This document shows positions 18,855-27,028 of a stretch of 64,000 nucleotides of DNA, one piece after another. The notes under the pieces are model-generated. The model saw only the letters and a list, made by a program, of their open reading frames with translations, ran no database searches and was not told the origin of the DNA. A program made the translations under genes and the position numbers. Positions within the stretch are counted from its first letter, which is position 1, and each line of letters starts with the position of its first letter. The stretch is from an uncultured Clostridia bacterium (GTDB lineage: Bacteria > Bacillota > Clostridia > Christensenellales > UBA1242): NCBI GenBank assembly GCA_934747255.1, contig CAKVGH010000004.1:11526-75525 (forward strand), in the 5' to 3' direction.

Positions 18855-21818
18855 TTAAAACATCATTGAATCAGTTTCTTCTTCCTTGTTTTCCAAGAAA
18901 ATTTCGTCAACAATTCGTTGTGCTTTTGCTTCATTAAAACTATATTTTTCGCCAGATTTTTCACAATTAGCAATTTCATTAAGTTCAGTTATGATAACAT
19001 CTTTAAGCATAAGTTCAGGTAAAACATTATTTAATTGTTTGAATAAGCCATCTTTTGAGTTATTTCCGTAATACTTTTCTTTTAACTCCATCATTTCTAA
19101 CTGACATTCAAATGAATCTTCATCTCCAAATGTTTCAATAAGTCTATTGTATTCATTGTTATACTTATTTATAAACATTTTTGAGTATTTATTTGAAGAT
19201 GAACAAATAATCTTTTTAACCAATTCTACATTATTCATTTTCAAAGTATCATAATCCACTACTGAATTGCTTAATTTTCTTGATAAATATGGAATAAATA
19301 TTTTTTCAAGACTTGATTTCAAAAGCATTAAATTTTTTACTGTTTGTTTATCTGTCAATTCAATCAATGTTACTAAATTCTCGTCTGTGCTTTTTTCCAT
19401 ATTGTATAATTTATACATTAGAATGATAAGTTTTTTAACTGAATCGTATCTTTTATTAGATAAAAGTAATTTATCACTTAATTTTTCTGGATTTGGAGAT
19501 AACATAGAGACAATAACTGGTTTTACCGAAGTAGTAAGCGTATTGCTGATTTTTTCTTGCATTATTGTGTTGAAATTTCTTTTAGCAGGTGCTGGTTCTA
19601 CTGGTTGTGAGTTTGACTGCTTTTGAGCAAGTTGTGCTTTTAATTGGTCAATTTGGTGTTGTAATTCGAGCATATCTTTTTCTTTTTGAGAAAGTTCCGC
19701 ATCTTTTTGATTTAATAAAGTATCTTTTTGTGTAATTTCGGCAGTTGCTTGATTGAGTAAAGAATCTTTTTGAGTTAACTCTTTGTCTTTTTGGCTTAAC
19801 AATGAGTCCTTTTGTGTCAACTCTTCTTCCTTTTGTGTTAATTCAGTGTTTTGTTTGCTAATTACATTATTTTGATTATCAATTTGTGCTTGCTTTTGAG
19901 AAAGTTCTGCTTCCAAATTGTTTTTTTCTTCGTTTTTAACAGTATTATCTGCAACTTGTAATTTTTCTTCATTTTCAAGAGTAGTCTCATCAATTTTTTC
20001 ATCAATAGTATTTTGTTGTGAAACTTCGTTTGAATTTGAAGAGTTATTTTCTTCACTTACAACTTCTGCTATTGTATCTGTTTTTTCATCAACTATTGCA
20101 TTGCTATCGCTTTCGCTAACATTTGATTGAGTATTTTCTTCGTCATCTACAATATCAATTACTCGATTATCTTCACTGATAGTCTTATTGGATACATTAT
20201 TTTCAATATTATCAAGGGTGCTTTCACTTGTTGCTATATTGTTTGAAGCAATATTCATTTTATCTTCGTAATCAACAACTATTTTTTCGTCTAAATGTTC
20301 ATCAGCATTAACTATTTCTTCTCTTGCAGAAACGCTAATATTAAGTTCTTTTTCAATTTTTTCAACTGTTTCTCTTGCTGCGTTAACAAAACCAAAACAA
20401 TCAACACAAGCAATAAGTTCTTCCTTTGAAATATGGTTATGATTTGTTACTAAATTGTTTGATTTGTTAAGACCTGTCTTTGCTGATACCATATCGTTTT
20501 TAACTACTTCAATGTCAACATTGTCATCTACATCACTTTCAAGCAATTTGTTCATTTTACTAATATAACCGCCATAGTAATAATGATAAAAATCTTTTTC
20601 TTTTAAGTTATTGTAATTTATTAAAACTCTATTTGCTAAATCAACATTTTGGAAGTCGAGCAAATATTCTTGTTCAGCCAAAACCAAACTCTCTAATGAA
20701 GTAATTTCGTCTTGATTGGTTGTTCTTAATCCCAATTTATTGTTGAGTGTTTTAACTTCGTCCAAAGTCATTCCAAAACAAGTAAATACTTTTGTAACAT
20801 CATCAATAATGGCAGTAGACATTGCATAAATTACGCCTTGTTTGTTAAGTTTTGATGCAATAAATGAAAGTTTTTTGCAAATTGAATAGTTCAATAGTTT
20901 TAACACTTGTGCATATTCTTCTTTGTCATAAACAAGTTTTACAAAGTTTTCTGTTGCAATTAAATTTGAAAGTATCTTAAAATCTGCTTCTACTGATTGT
21001 TTGTCATTTAATTCGTTATATGCTTCAAGTGCCTTTGCAACAGGTGTATTATAAACATATAGTTTTAAGTAACTTTCTAATGAATTACAACTGCAAACAT
21101 ATTTTTCACAAACAGCCATAACAGCGTGCAAAGTTTGAAGTACAACTCCGTAAGTTTCCTTGCCCAAAGATTTTGAAACATAAAGTTTACCATCTTCAAT
21201 TTTGGCAGTATCGCCATTATACTCATCAACATACAAATTAAATTTTTCAAATATTAAAGTTTTTACTTTTTCGTATGCTTGTGCGATTTTTTCTTCGTTG
21301 AATGAAGGAATGACATTTTTATTATCTATGTAACAATTATTCAAAATGTCGTCATCGCTTTCGAGTACTCTTGAAAGTCCTGCTTCAAATCTAATTTGAT
21401 TTAAGTCTGTTAATAATTCGAAAGGCGTACTTTTAATAGTATCTTCGTTATTCAAAATAGAACTAATTTGTATTGCCAAGTCGTTGATAAAATCATTGTA
21501 AAAAATGTGTTTACCACCAAGACAAGAAGCAATTTTTTCTTTTAATTCTGCAACACTCTTTACCTTGACTTTTTTGCCTTGCAATTCTTTAATGTTGTCG
21601 TCTGTAATATTTTTTTCTGTTATTGTAGCATTAAAAACATCATCAAAGTTTTTTGACTTAACATTGTTATAATACGCACCAAGTAGTGAACAAAAAGTTT
21701 CTTCGTAATCATTTTCGTTAATGTAACTATGACTACAAAGTTTTTCAAAAGTTTTAATTTTTTCATCCATTGTTTGATTGATATATCGTAATGCATTGTG
21801 TGCTTGACTATTATTCAT
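18855..21818 (-). CDS. Large hypothetical protein (987 aa) with central acidic/Asn-Ser-rich region and heptad QKD coiled-coil repeats
   Basis: I start it at ATG 21818 (GAGG 8 nt upstream and its own promoter), not the track GTG at 21857. It has no TM helices and no motif I recognise. Confidence 0.6.
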   Translation of the reverse strand: MNNSQAHNALRYINQTMDEKIKTFEKLCSHSYINENDYEETFCSLLGAYYNNVKSKNFDDVFNATITEKNITDDNIKELQGKKVKVKSVAELKEKIASCLGGKHIFYNDFINDLAIQISSILNNEDTIKSTPFELLTDLNQIRFEAGLSRVLESDDDILNNCYIDNKNVIPSFNEEKIAQAYEKVKTLIFEKFNLYVDEYNGDTAKIEDGKLYVSKSLGKETYGVVLQTLHAVMAVCEKYVCSCNSLESYLKLYVYNTPVAKALEAYNELNDKQSVEADFKILSNLIATENFVKLVYDKEEYAQVLKLLNYSICKKLSFIASKLNKQGVIYAMSTAIIDDVTKVFTCFGMTLDEVKTLNNKLGLRTTNQDEITSLESLVLAEQEYLLDFQNVDLANRVLINYNNLKEKDFYHYYYGGYISKMNKLLESDVDDNVDIEVVKNDMVSAKTGLNKSNNLVTNHNHISKEELIACVDCFGFVNAARETVEKIEKELNISVSAREEIVNADEHLDEKIVVDYEDKMNIASNNIATSESTLDNIENNVSNKTISEDNRVIDIVDDEENTQSNVSESDSNAIVDEKTDTIAEVVSEENNSSNSNEVSQQNTIDEKIDETTLENEEKLQVADNTVKNEEKNNLEAELSQKQAQIDNQNNVISKQNTELTQKEEELTQKDSLLSQKDKELTQKDSLLNQATAEITQKDTLLNQKDAELSQKEKDMLELQHQIDQLKAQLAQKQSNSQPVEPAPAKRNFNTIMQEKISNTLTTSVKPVIVSMLSPNPEKLSDKLLLSNKRYDSVKKLIILMYKLYNMEKSTDENLVTLIELTDKQTVKNLMLLKSSLEKIFIPYLSRKLSNSVVDYDTLKMNNVELVKKIICSSSNKYSKMFINKYNNEYNRLIETFGDEDSFECQLEMMELKEKYYGNNSKDGLFKQLNNVLPELMLKDVIITELNEIANCEKSGEKYSFNEAKAQRIVDEIFLENKEEETDSMMF
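19672..19845 (-). repeat. In-frame heptad repeat block encoding (T/S)QKD(S/T)LL(N/S)-type units
   Basis: Protein reads LTQKEEELTQKDSLLSQKDKELTQKDSLLNQATAEITQKDTLLNQKDAELSQKEKDM. The DNA shows repeated tctttttg(a/t)g units. Confidence 0.7.
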
Positions 21819-21847
21819 ATATAATACCTCACAATAATTTCGTATAT

Positions 21848-21876
21848 ATAATACCACAATATTTTATAAATAGCAA
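21848..21876 (-). promoter_or_regulatory. Sigma-A-type promoter of the 987-aa gene
   Basis: Minus strand reads TTGCTA (21876-21871), a 17-nt spacer, then TATTAT (21853-21848) with an extended -10 TGG. Confidence 0.45.
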
Positions 21877-21901
21877 TACCCAAATAAAACTTTTTTGCAT
21901 T

Positions 21902-21927
21902 AAAAAAGCGTAAAATTTTACGCTTTT
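21902..21927 (-). terminator. Terminator after the VirB4 gene
   Basis: Perfect palindrome aaaagcgtaaaattttacgctttt at 21903-21926, overlapping the VirB4 stop. A U-run follows on the minus strand. Confidence 0.55.
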
Positions 21928-24644
21928 CCTAACTGTTTGTCCAGTTTTTCCATTTCTAATTTATCTTGGTGCATTTTTTCTATCATAGGTCTTGTGTAAC
22001 CTTCGATTTCAAACATATCTCTTACTTGGTCGTAAGCGTGAATCTTTAAGAAAGTTCTTGCTAGTGGCGATGTGATAAGGAATGCTTCACCACGATTTGC
22101 TTGAACGATTGTTTGTTGTTCGTCTTCGTTAATACCACCCGCATTTCGATAAAGTTCGACAAGGTCGGTCATATCATTTGGAGCAAGAGATAGAACCATA
22201 GTAAATTGCGATGCGTTAATAATCGCTGTTGATTGCTTTGCAATTTCTGCAGAACCTACGAAGTCCTTAATGTTCTGTGTGATGATAATTTGCATACCAT
22301 CATATTTTCTAATACGCTTTGCAAGTGTTTGCATAAAGTCAAGCGCAATAGGGTATTTTGCATCAATAAAGACGTGGGCTTCATCGACTGTTACAATAAT
22401 TTTACGCCTATCGGAATCGCTTTCCTTAAAGCCCATCATTGCATTAAACTCTTTGTTTTTAATAATTTCGTTGTTCAAATATCTCAATACAAGGAGCATC
22501 TGTGCATTTGCTAATACTTTGTTTTGGTTAGCAAGTAGCGAACGGAAACTAAAAACAACGAAGTTTTCCTTTGTTTCCAAAGTTGTTGGACCATTCCATA
22601 AGTTTGCATTTCGTCCACCTGTTGCAAATTTTTGAATATATGTTTGAATAATTTGGTACATACGCCTTAAATACTCATCTTTTTCGTTTGCTACTTTTTC
22701 AAGTACGATTTTGTATAAGTCGTCAAATATTGGGAAATCTTCTGGTGTCAATTTAGTCAAATCGGTTGCTGAATCAATGCCTTTTTGTTTGTACATATCA
22801 ATAACCAAACTATTGACTTTTTCAAATGCGTCCGAGTTCATTCCGTCCAGAATAACACGGAAATATTGTTCAAGGAACTGCAAGTGTCCAGCATAGTCTT
22901 CCTGTTCTGCCATACCTTCTTCGGCTTGAAGCGAAGGTGTGATATGGAATGGGTTAATTCTTCCCTGCAAACCAGAACCTACATCAATAACTTTTCCGCA
23001 AAGGTTGTTAGAAAGTGTAGCATATTCGTATTCAGGGTCGAGAACGAAAATTTTACTGTTATCACCTGCCATATTTGCAAGCAAGTTTTTGGTTGCGAAT
23101 GATTTACCACCACCACTCTTACCAATAATCATCATATTTGAGTTAACTCTTTCACTGTCTCGTCTAAAAAAGTTAATAAATACATTGCCGTGATTGTTAT
23201 AGCCAATATAGAAACCACCCGGGTCGCTCATTGCACTAGATATGAATGGGAAGCAAGCAGATAGTGCTGTTGTGTTGATACCACGCTTGTTTTCCTTAAT
23301 TGTGTCGAGCCTAGAAATGTTTTGACTGACGAAAGCGTCCACTTGACGACCAAACATTTCGGTAAACTTAAAGCCATTTTCTTTTAATAATGACCTAATT
23401 TCCTTTTTCATATATTCTTCACAAGTAATGTGAATATTTACATTAAACAGACCTTCGTTACTATTTTTAATATCTGTCAAAACTTGTCTTAATGTTTGCA
23501 AGTGAGTTTCGTTTTCAATACGCTTACTGGTCTTGTTGGAATAGCCGACTTTTGCTTCCATTTCGACAATCGCCTTATCGAGCATTTTTTCGGCATCTAC
23601 TCTTGATATAGGATTAAAATTCATTACAACTTTTGTGTTTGGCATACTTGTAATTGGAAATAGCCAGCCGTTGTAAACTGTCAATGGATAGTCAGTGATA
23701 CAAAAGGTTCGGTATTCAGCACCATCAATTTTGGTGTAACCTGTTTTGAATTCAACTTTTTCTGGTGTTGCCCAGTCAATCAAACTAATACTGCTCTTAT
23801 TTTCAGCTTCTCTTTCATCAAACATTTTGGTATAGTTTGCTTTTAAGAATACGCCAAGTTCTTTTCCACGACAGATTTTTGCTCTAATTGGAGTTTGACC
23901 ACTGCCAAGCGAAGATATAATTCCTTCGACAGTATCAACAAGCGAACTTTTGTTTTTATCATAAATTGTCAAATAGTAACAATCTGCATATTGCTTGTTT
24001 ACATCATTTGCTTCAAGCATTTTTGCAACTCTGGTTTGGAAAATAACCGTTCTTGCTTCTACTTCGTCTTCCGAAACTTCGCCTTTTTGTTGCATTCGAA
24101 GCATAGAATCATATTTTTTTTCATCATCATTGATATATTCGTCCATTAAAATTGCCTTATTTATTTTAACTAGACTAGCGTCTTGGTCGGTGTTAATACG
24201 CATAAGTGCACTTCTAAACGAACGAATATAAGCATTTTGTTTTTCTTCGTTAAGGAGCAAAAATTCTACTGGCTTAACTTCCAAAACCATACCATAGTAC
24301 GAACCATAATCAATGATTTTTTCGTCAATTATTGATTCGTAAGGGACAAGCTTTTTAATGTCTTCATAGTGTTTTAATTTGTTTTTGGAATACTTTTTGG
24401 TGTAAGCCATAAATCTAAACATCAACAAAACTGTGATATACATTTTTTGTCCGTCAGCAAGTGGCAAAAATAGTAGCACGCCAAATGCTAAAAATGCTAT
24501 TGCTGCCACAATATGATAGGCAAAATTACTTGTTAAAAGCAAAACAAAAAGACCGATGACGCAAAGACCAATAATTACATCTGGCCAAGTTACACCCGGT
24601 AAAAATTCTGTTCTAACTTTGGTTTTTCTTGGTATGTAGTACAT
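21918..24644 (-). CDS. virB4: VirB3-like::VirB4 fusion, type IV secretion ATPase (TraE/TrsE/PrgJ family)
   Basis: 908 aa. Residues 1 to about 85 start YIPRKTKVRTEF and carry two hydrophobic helices (VIIGLCVIGLFVLLLT, IVAAIAFLAFGVLLFLPL), like PrgI/VirB3 proteins. The rest has Walker A IIGKSGGGKSF, Walker B IIVTVDEAHVF and IIITQN. Confidence 0.85.
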   Translation of the reverse strand: MYYIPRKTKVRTEFLPGVTWPDVIIGLCVIGLFVLLLTSNFAYHIVAAIAFLAFGVLLFLPLADGQKMYITVLLMFRFMAYTKKYSKNKLKHYEDIKKLVPYESIIDEKIIDYGSYYGMVLEVKPVEFLLLNEEKQNAYIRSFRSALMRINTDQDASLVKINKAILMDEYINDDEKKYDSMLRMQQKGEVSEDEVEARTVIFQTRVAKMLEANDVNKQYADCYYLTIYDKNKSSLVDTVEGIISSLGSGQTPIRAKICRGKELGVFLKANYTKMFDEREAENKSSISLIDWATPEKVEFKTGYTKIDGAEYRTFCITDYPLTVYNGWLFPITSMPNTKVVMNFNPISRVDAEKMLDKAIVEMEAKVGYSNKTSKRIENETHLQTLRQVLTDIKNSNEGLFNVNIHITCEEYMKKEIRSLLKENGFKFTEMFGRQVDAFVSQNISRLDTIKENKRGINTTALSACFPFISSAMSDPGGFYIGYNNHGNVFINFFRRDSERVNSNMMIIGKSGGGKSFATKNLLANMAGDNSKIFVLDPEYEYATLSNNLCGKVIDVGSGLQGRINPFHITPSLQAEEGMAEQEDYAGHLQFLEQYFRVILDGMNSDAFEKVNSLVIDMYKQKGIDSATDLTKLTPEDFPIFDDLYKIVLEKVANEKDEYLRRMYQIIQTYIQKFATGGRNANLWNGPTTLETKENFVVFSFRSLLANQNKVLANAQMLLVLRYLNNEIIKNKEFNAMMGFKESDSDRRKIIVTVDEAHVFIDAKYPIALDFMQTLAKRIRKYDGMQIIITQNIKDFVGSAEIAKQSTAIINASQFTMVLSLAPNDMTDLVELYRNAGGINEDEQQTIVQANRGEAFLITSPLARTFLKIHAYDQVRDMFEIEGYTRPMIEKMHQDKLEMEKLDKQLGKA

Positions 24645-24704
24645 AATTACTCCTAAAAATAGTTTGTTTCAAAATTTGAAATGTATTAACTTTTTTGTAA
24701 TTTT

Positions 24705-24732
24705 ATTATATCTCAATTTATAATTTTTTCAA
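24705..24732 (-). promoter_or_regulatory. Candidate promoter of the VirB4 gene
   Basis: Minus strand reads TTGAAA (24732-24727), a 16-nt spacer, then TATAAT (24710-24705). Confidence 0.4.
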
Positions 24733-24750
24733 ACAATTTTTGCTATTAAA

Positions 24751-24778
24751 CAAAAAAGCCAACATATAAATGTTGACC
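24751..24778 (-). terminator. Terminator after the VirB6-like gene
   Basis: Hairpin caacat-ataa-atgttg at 24760-24775, extendable on the minus-strand RNA with a G.U pair. It is followed by UUUUUUG. Confidence 0.55.
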
Positions 24779-24814
24779 TTTTGTTAATTTAACCTTATTG
24801 ATACAAAGTTTTAA

Positions 24815-26941
24815 TTATTTTTTATTTTGAGTTGAACCTTTAATGTAGGTAATTCCCTCCTTACTTTTTAAGGCTTTTTCAATTGGTTTTGTGTTTTTTT
24901 CAATCGCTCTCATATATGTATTTTTTGACCTTGTATATCTTACCCCTGGTTGTCTTGTTGGCTTAAATGTGCTAGACTTTTCAACATTTTCTTCTGGTTG
25001 AGTATAACTAGGTGCAATAACTGTTTTGTTAGAATGTGGGTTCATCTTTTTTGTTGATGATTCCGTACTACTCAAATCAGCTTGATTATTGAGAGTGTTT
25101 TTTGCCGAAAGTTCTGCAATTTTTTTATTTGTTTTTTCCAGTTTTCTTTCAGCCTTTTTGTTTATTGCATTATTCACTCTATTTGAACGCATATGATAGA
25201 TACCACTAAATGCATTTCCTGTCGTTTTGGCAATATTTGTTACACCAGTTTTTATGGCCTTTGGTGAAACATCAATACCTTTTCCGCCAAGTCCATCTTT
25301 AAATGGTTTTGCCAATCCATTCGATGCAAAGCCAACTATGTTTGATTTTGCTTGTTTTAATCTAACTTTTGCTTGTTCGTCATATTTTGATACTTTTTCC
25401 GTTTTTACATCTTCAAATTTTTTAGTAGCATTGGCAAGATTTTGTTTTTTAATCTCATTGTTTGGGTCTGCTTTTAATTCTTTTTGAGCTTGCTTCATTT
25501 CATCTTTGGCTTCAATATATTTTGGATTCAACTTTTGAGTCATACCCATAGCCTTGTTTGCTGCTCCACCAATCAAACCAGCCGCAATACCAACACCTGT
25601 ACCAATTCCTTTGGTAACTCTTTGCATTTGGTCTTTTGTTTGATTAAATAAATCTTCTTTAATACCTATTAGTGCCGCCAAATCTTTTGAGAAATTCTTA
25701 AAGAACATAAAGCCAGCGCAAGTGATTAAAAGTTGTAAGAAACTATTTAATCCCAAGCCACCAATTGTGCTTAACACAGAGCCATCGTTTGCTCCAAATA
25801 ATGTTATTGTTTTTAATGGTCCAAACAACATCATCATCAAGTTAAGAGATACTACCACTGAATAAGCAAGGAGAACATTTTGAATAAACATTTTTTTCCA
25901 TTCTTTTATTGGATTTTCATCTAAAGGCATAACTGAACATACAACTGGTGAAATACATAATAAAATTACGATTTCAAACATACGCTTAATTAAACCAATC
26001 GCTGCTTCTAATAAAATCCAAACGATAATAATTAGTGCAATCAATGCAAGAATATAGTTGAAATGCGATAAATCATAGTAGTAAAACACTTGGTCTGGGT
26101 TATAAATACTAAATGAACTTAAATCATTATCATTACTGATTGATAAAACATATTTATAGTAACATTCATCACTGGTTGAGAAAATATTTCCTAACCCGTC
26201 TAAATTGTCAAAATCGAATTTTTTTGGAGTAAATGAAGCTGATTGCTCAAATGCCATATCAATTGCATTTGCAATACCTTCCTTTGTACTTGCAGAGATA
26301 ACTCCCATATTGTTGATACCATCTTTACCATTTGTACCGTACAAGTCATCTCTAAATGTCTCACTCAATCTTGCTCTATTTGCATCTTGTGAACAAGCCC
26401 TAAATATCATTACACTTGCACGAGTAATTTCGCCTTGGTTTGTTGCACCGTCTAGCGATTTCAGTAAGGCATTTCCCATAAATATACCTAAAATCGCTAC
26501 AACAGGAACCATAAAGAAGTTTAACAATGCTCTTAATGCACTAGAAAAGATTTTTGACTTAGATTTTCTGTTGCTATCACCATTGGCCAATGTTTCTTGT
26601 TTTATCAATGAAACGATAGTTACTATAATTAGTAAAACAACAGCCAAAATCACCAATGACCAAAACACATTTTGTACGGTTTGGTTATTAAATAAAGATA
26701 AAACAATATCTCCATTGGTTGCTTCTCCATTTACATAATATGTATCAAGTCCTGCTAGTTTTCTAAACAATAATTGAACCGCATCTAATATTGCAAATAA
26801 TGAACAAATTATTAGTCTATAAAATAGTTGAAGCAAACTATATCCAATAACACTAAAAGAGTTTTGAAAAAAGTTGCCCACCCAATTTAAGATGTCACTA
26901 ACAAAACTATTTAATTGTGAAAAGTGTAAAGTTAAATTCAT
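24815..26941 (-). CDS. Polytopic membrane protein, VirB6-like channel candidate
   Basis: 708 aa with at least 7 hydrophobic helices by eye (for example VFWSLVILAVVLLIIVTIVSLI, FFMVPVVAILGIFMG, ILALIALIIIVWILLEAAIGLI, VLLAYSVVVSLNLMMMLFGPL, GIGTGVGIAAGLIGGAA), then a Lys-rich hydrophilic C-terminal third. It sits just upstream of VirB4. Confidence 0.6.
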   Translation of the reverse strand: MNLTLHFSQLNSFVSDILNWVGNFFQNSFSVIGYSLLQLFYRLIICSLFAILDAVQLLFRKLAGLDTYYVNGEATNGDIVLSLFNNQTVQNVFWSLVILAVVLLIIVTIVSLIKQETLANGDSNRKSKSKIFSSALRALLNFFMVPVVAILGIFMGNALLKSLDGATNQGEITRASVMIFRACSQDANRARLSETFRDDLYGTNGKDGINNMGVISASTKEGIANAIDMAFEQSASFTPKKFDFDNLDGLGNIFSTSDECYYKYVLSISNDNDLSSFSIYNPDQVFYYYDLSHFNYILALIALIIIVWILLEAAIGLIKRMFEIVILLCISPVVCSVMPLDENPIKEWKKMFIQNVLLAYSVVVSLNLMMMLFGPLKTITLFGANDGSVLSTIGGLGLNSFLQLLITCAGFMFFKNFSKDLAALIGIKEDLFNQTKDQMQRVTKGIGTGVGIAAGLIGGAANKAMGMTQKLNPKYIEAKDEMKQAQKELKADPNNEIKKQNLANATKKFEDVKTEKVSKYDEQAKVRLKQAKSNIVGFASNGLAKPFKDGLGGKGIDVSPKAIKTGVTNIAKTTGNAFSGIYHMRSNRVNNAINKKAERKLEKTNKKIAELSAKNTLNNQADLSSTESSTKKMNPHSNKTVIAPSYTQPEENVEKSSTFKPTRQPGVRYTRSKNTYMRAIEKNTKPIEKALKSKEGITYIKGSTQNKK

Positions 26942-27028
26942 AAATTTTCTCCACAGTTTATTTATTTTTTTTATTATAGCAAATAAAATTCAAAAAGTAC
27001 ATAGTTTTTTAATTTTTTGTTTGGTTTT

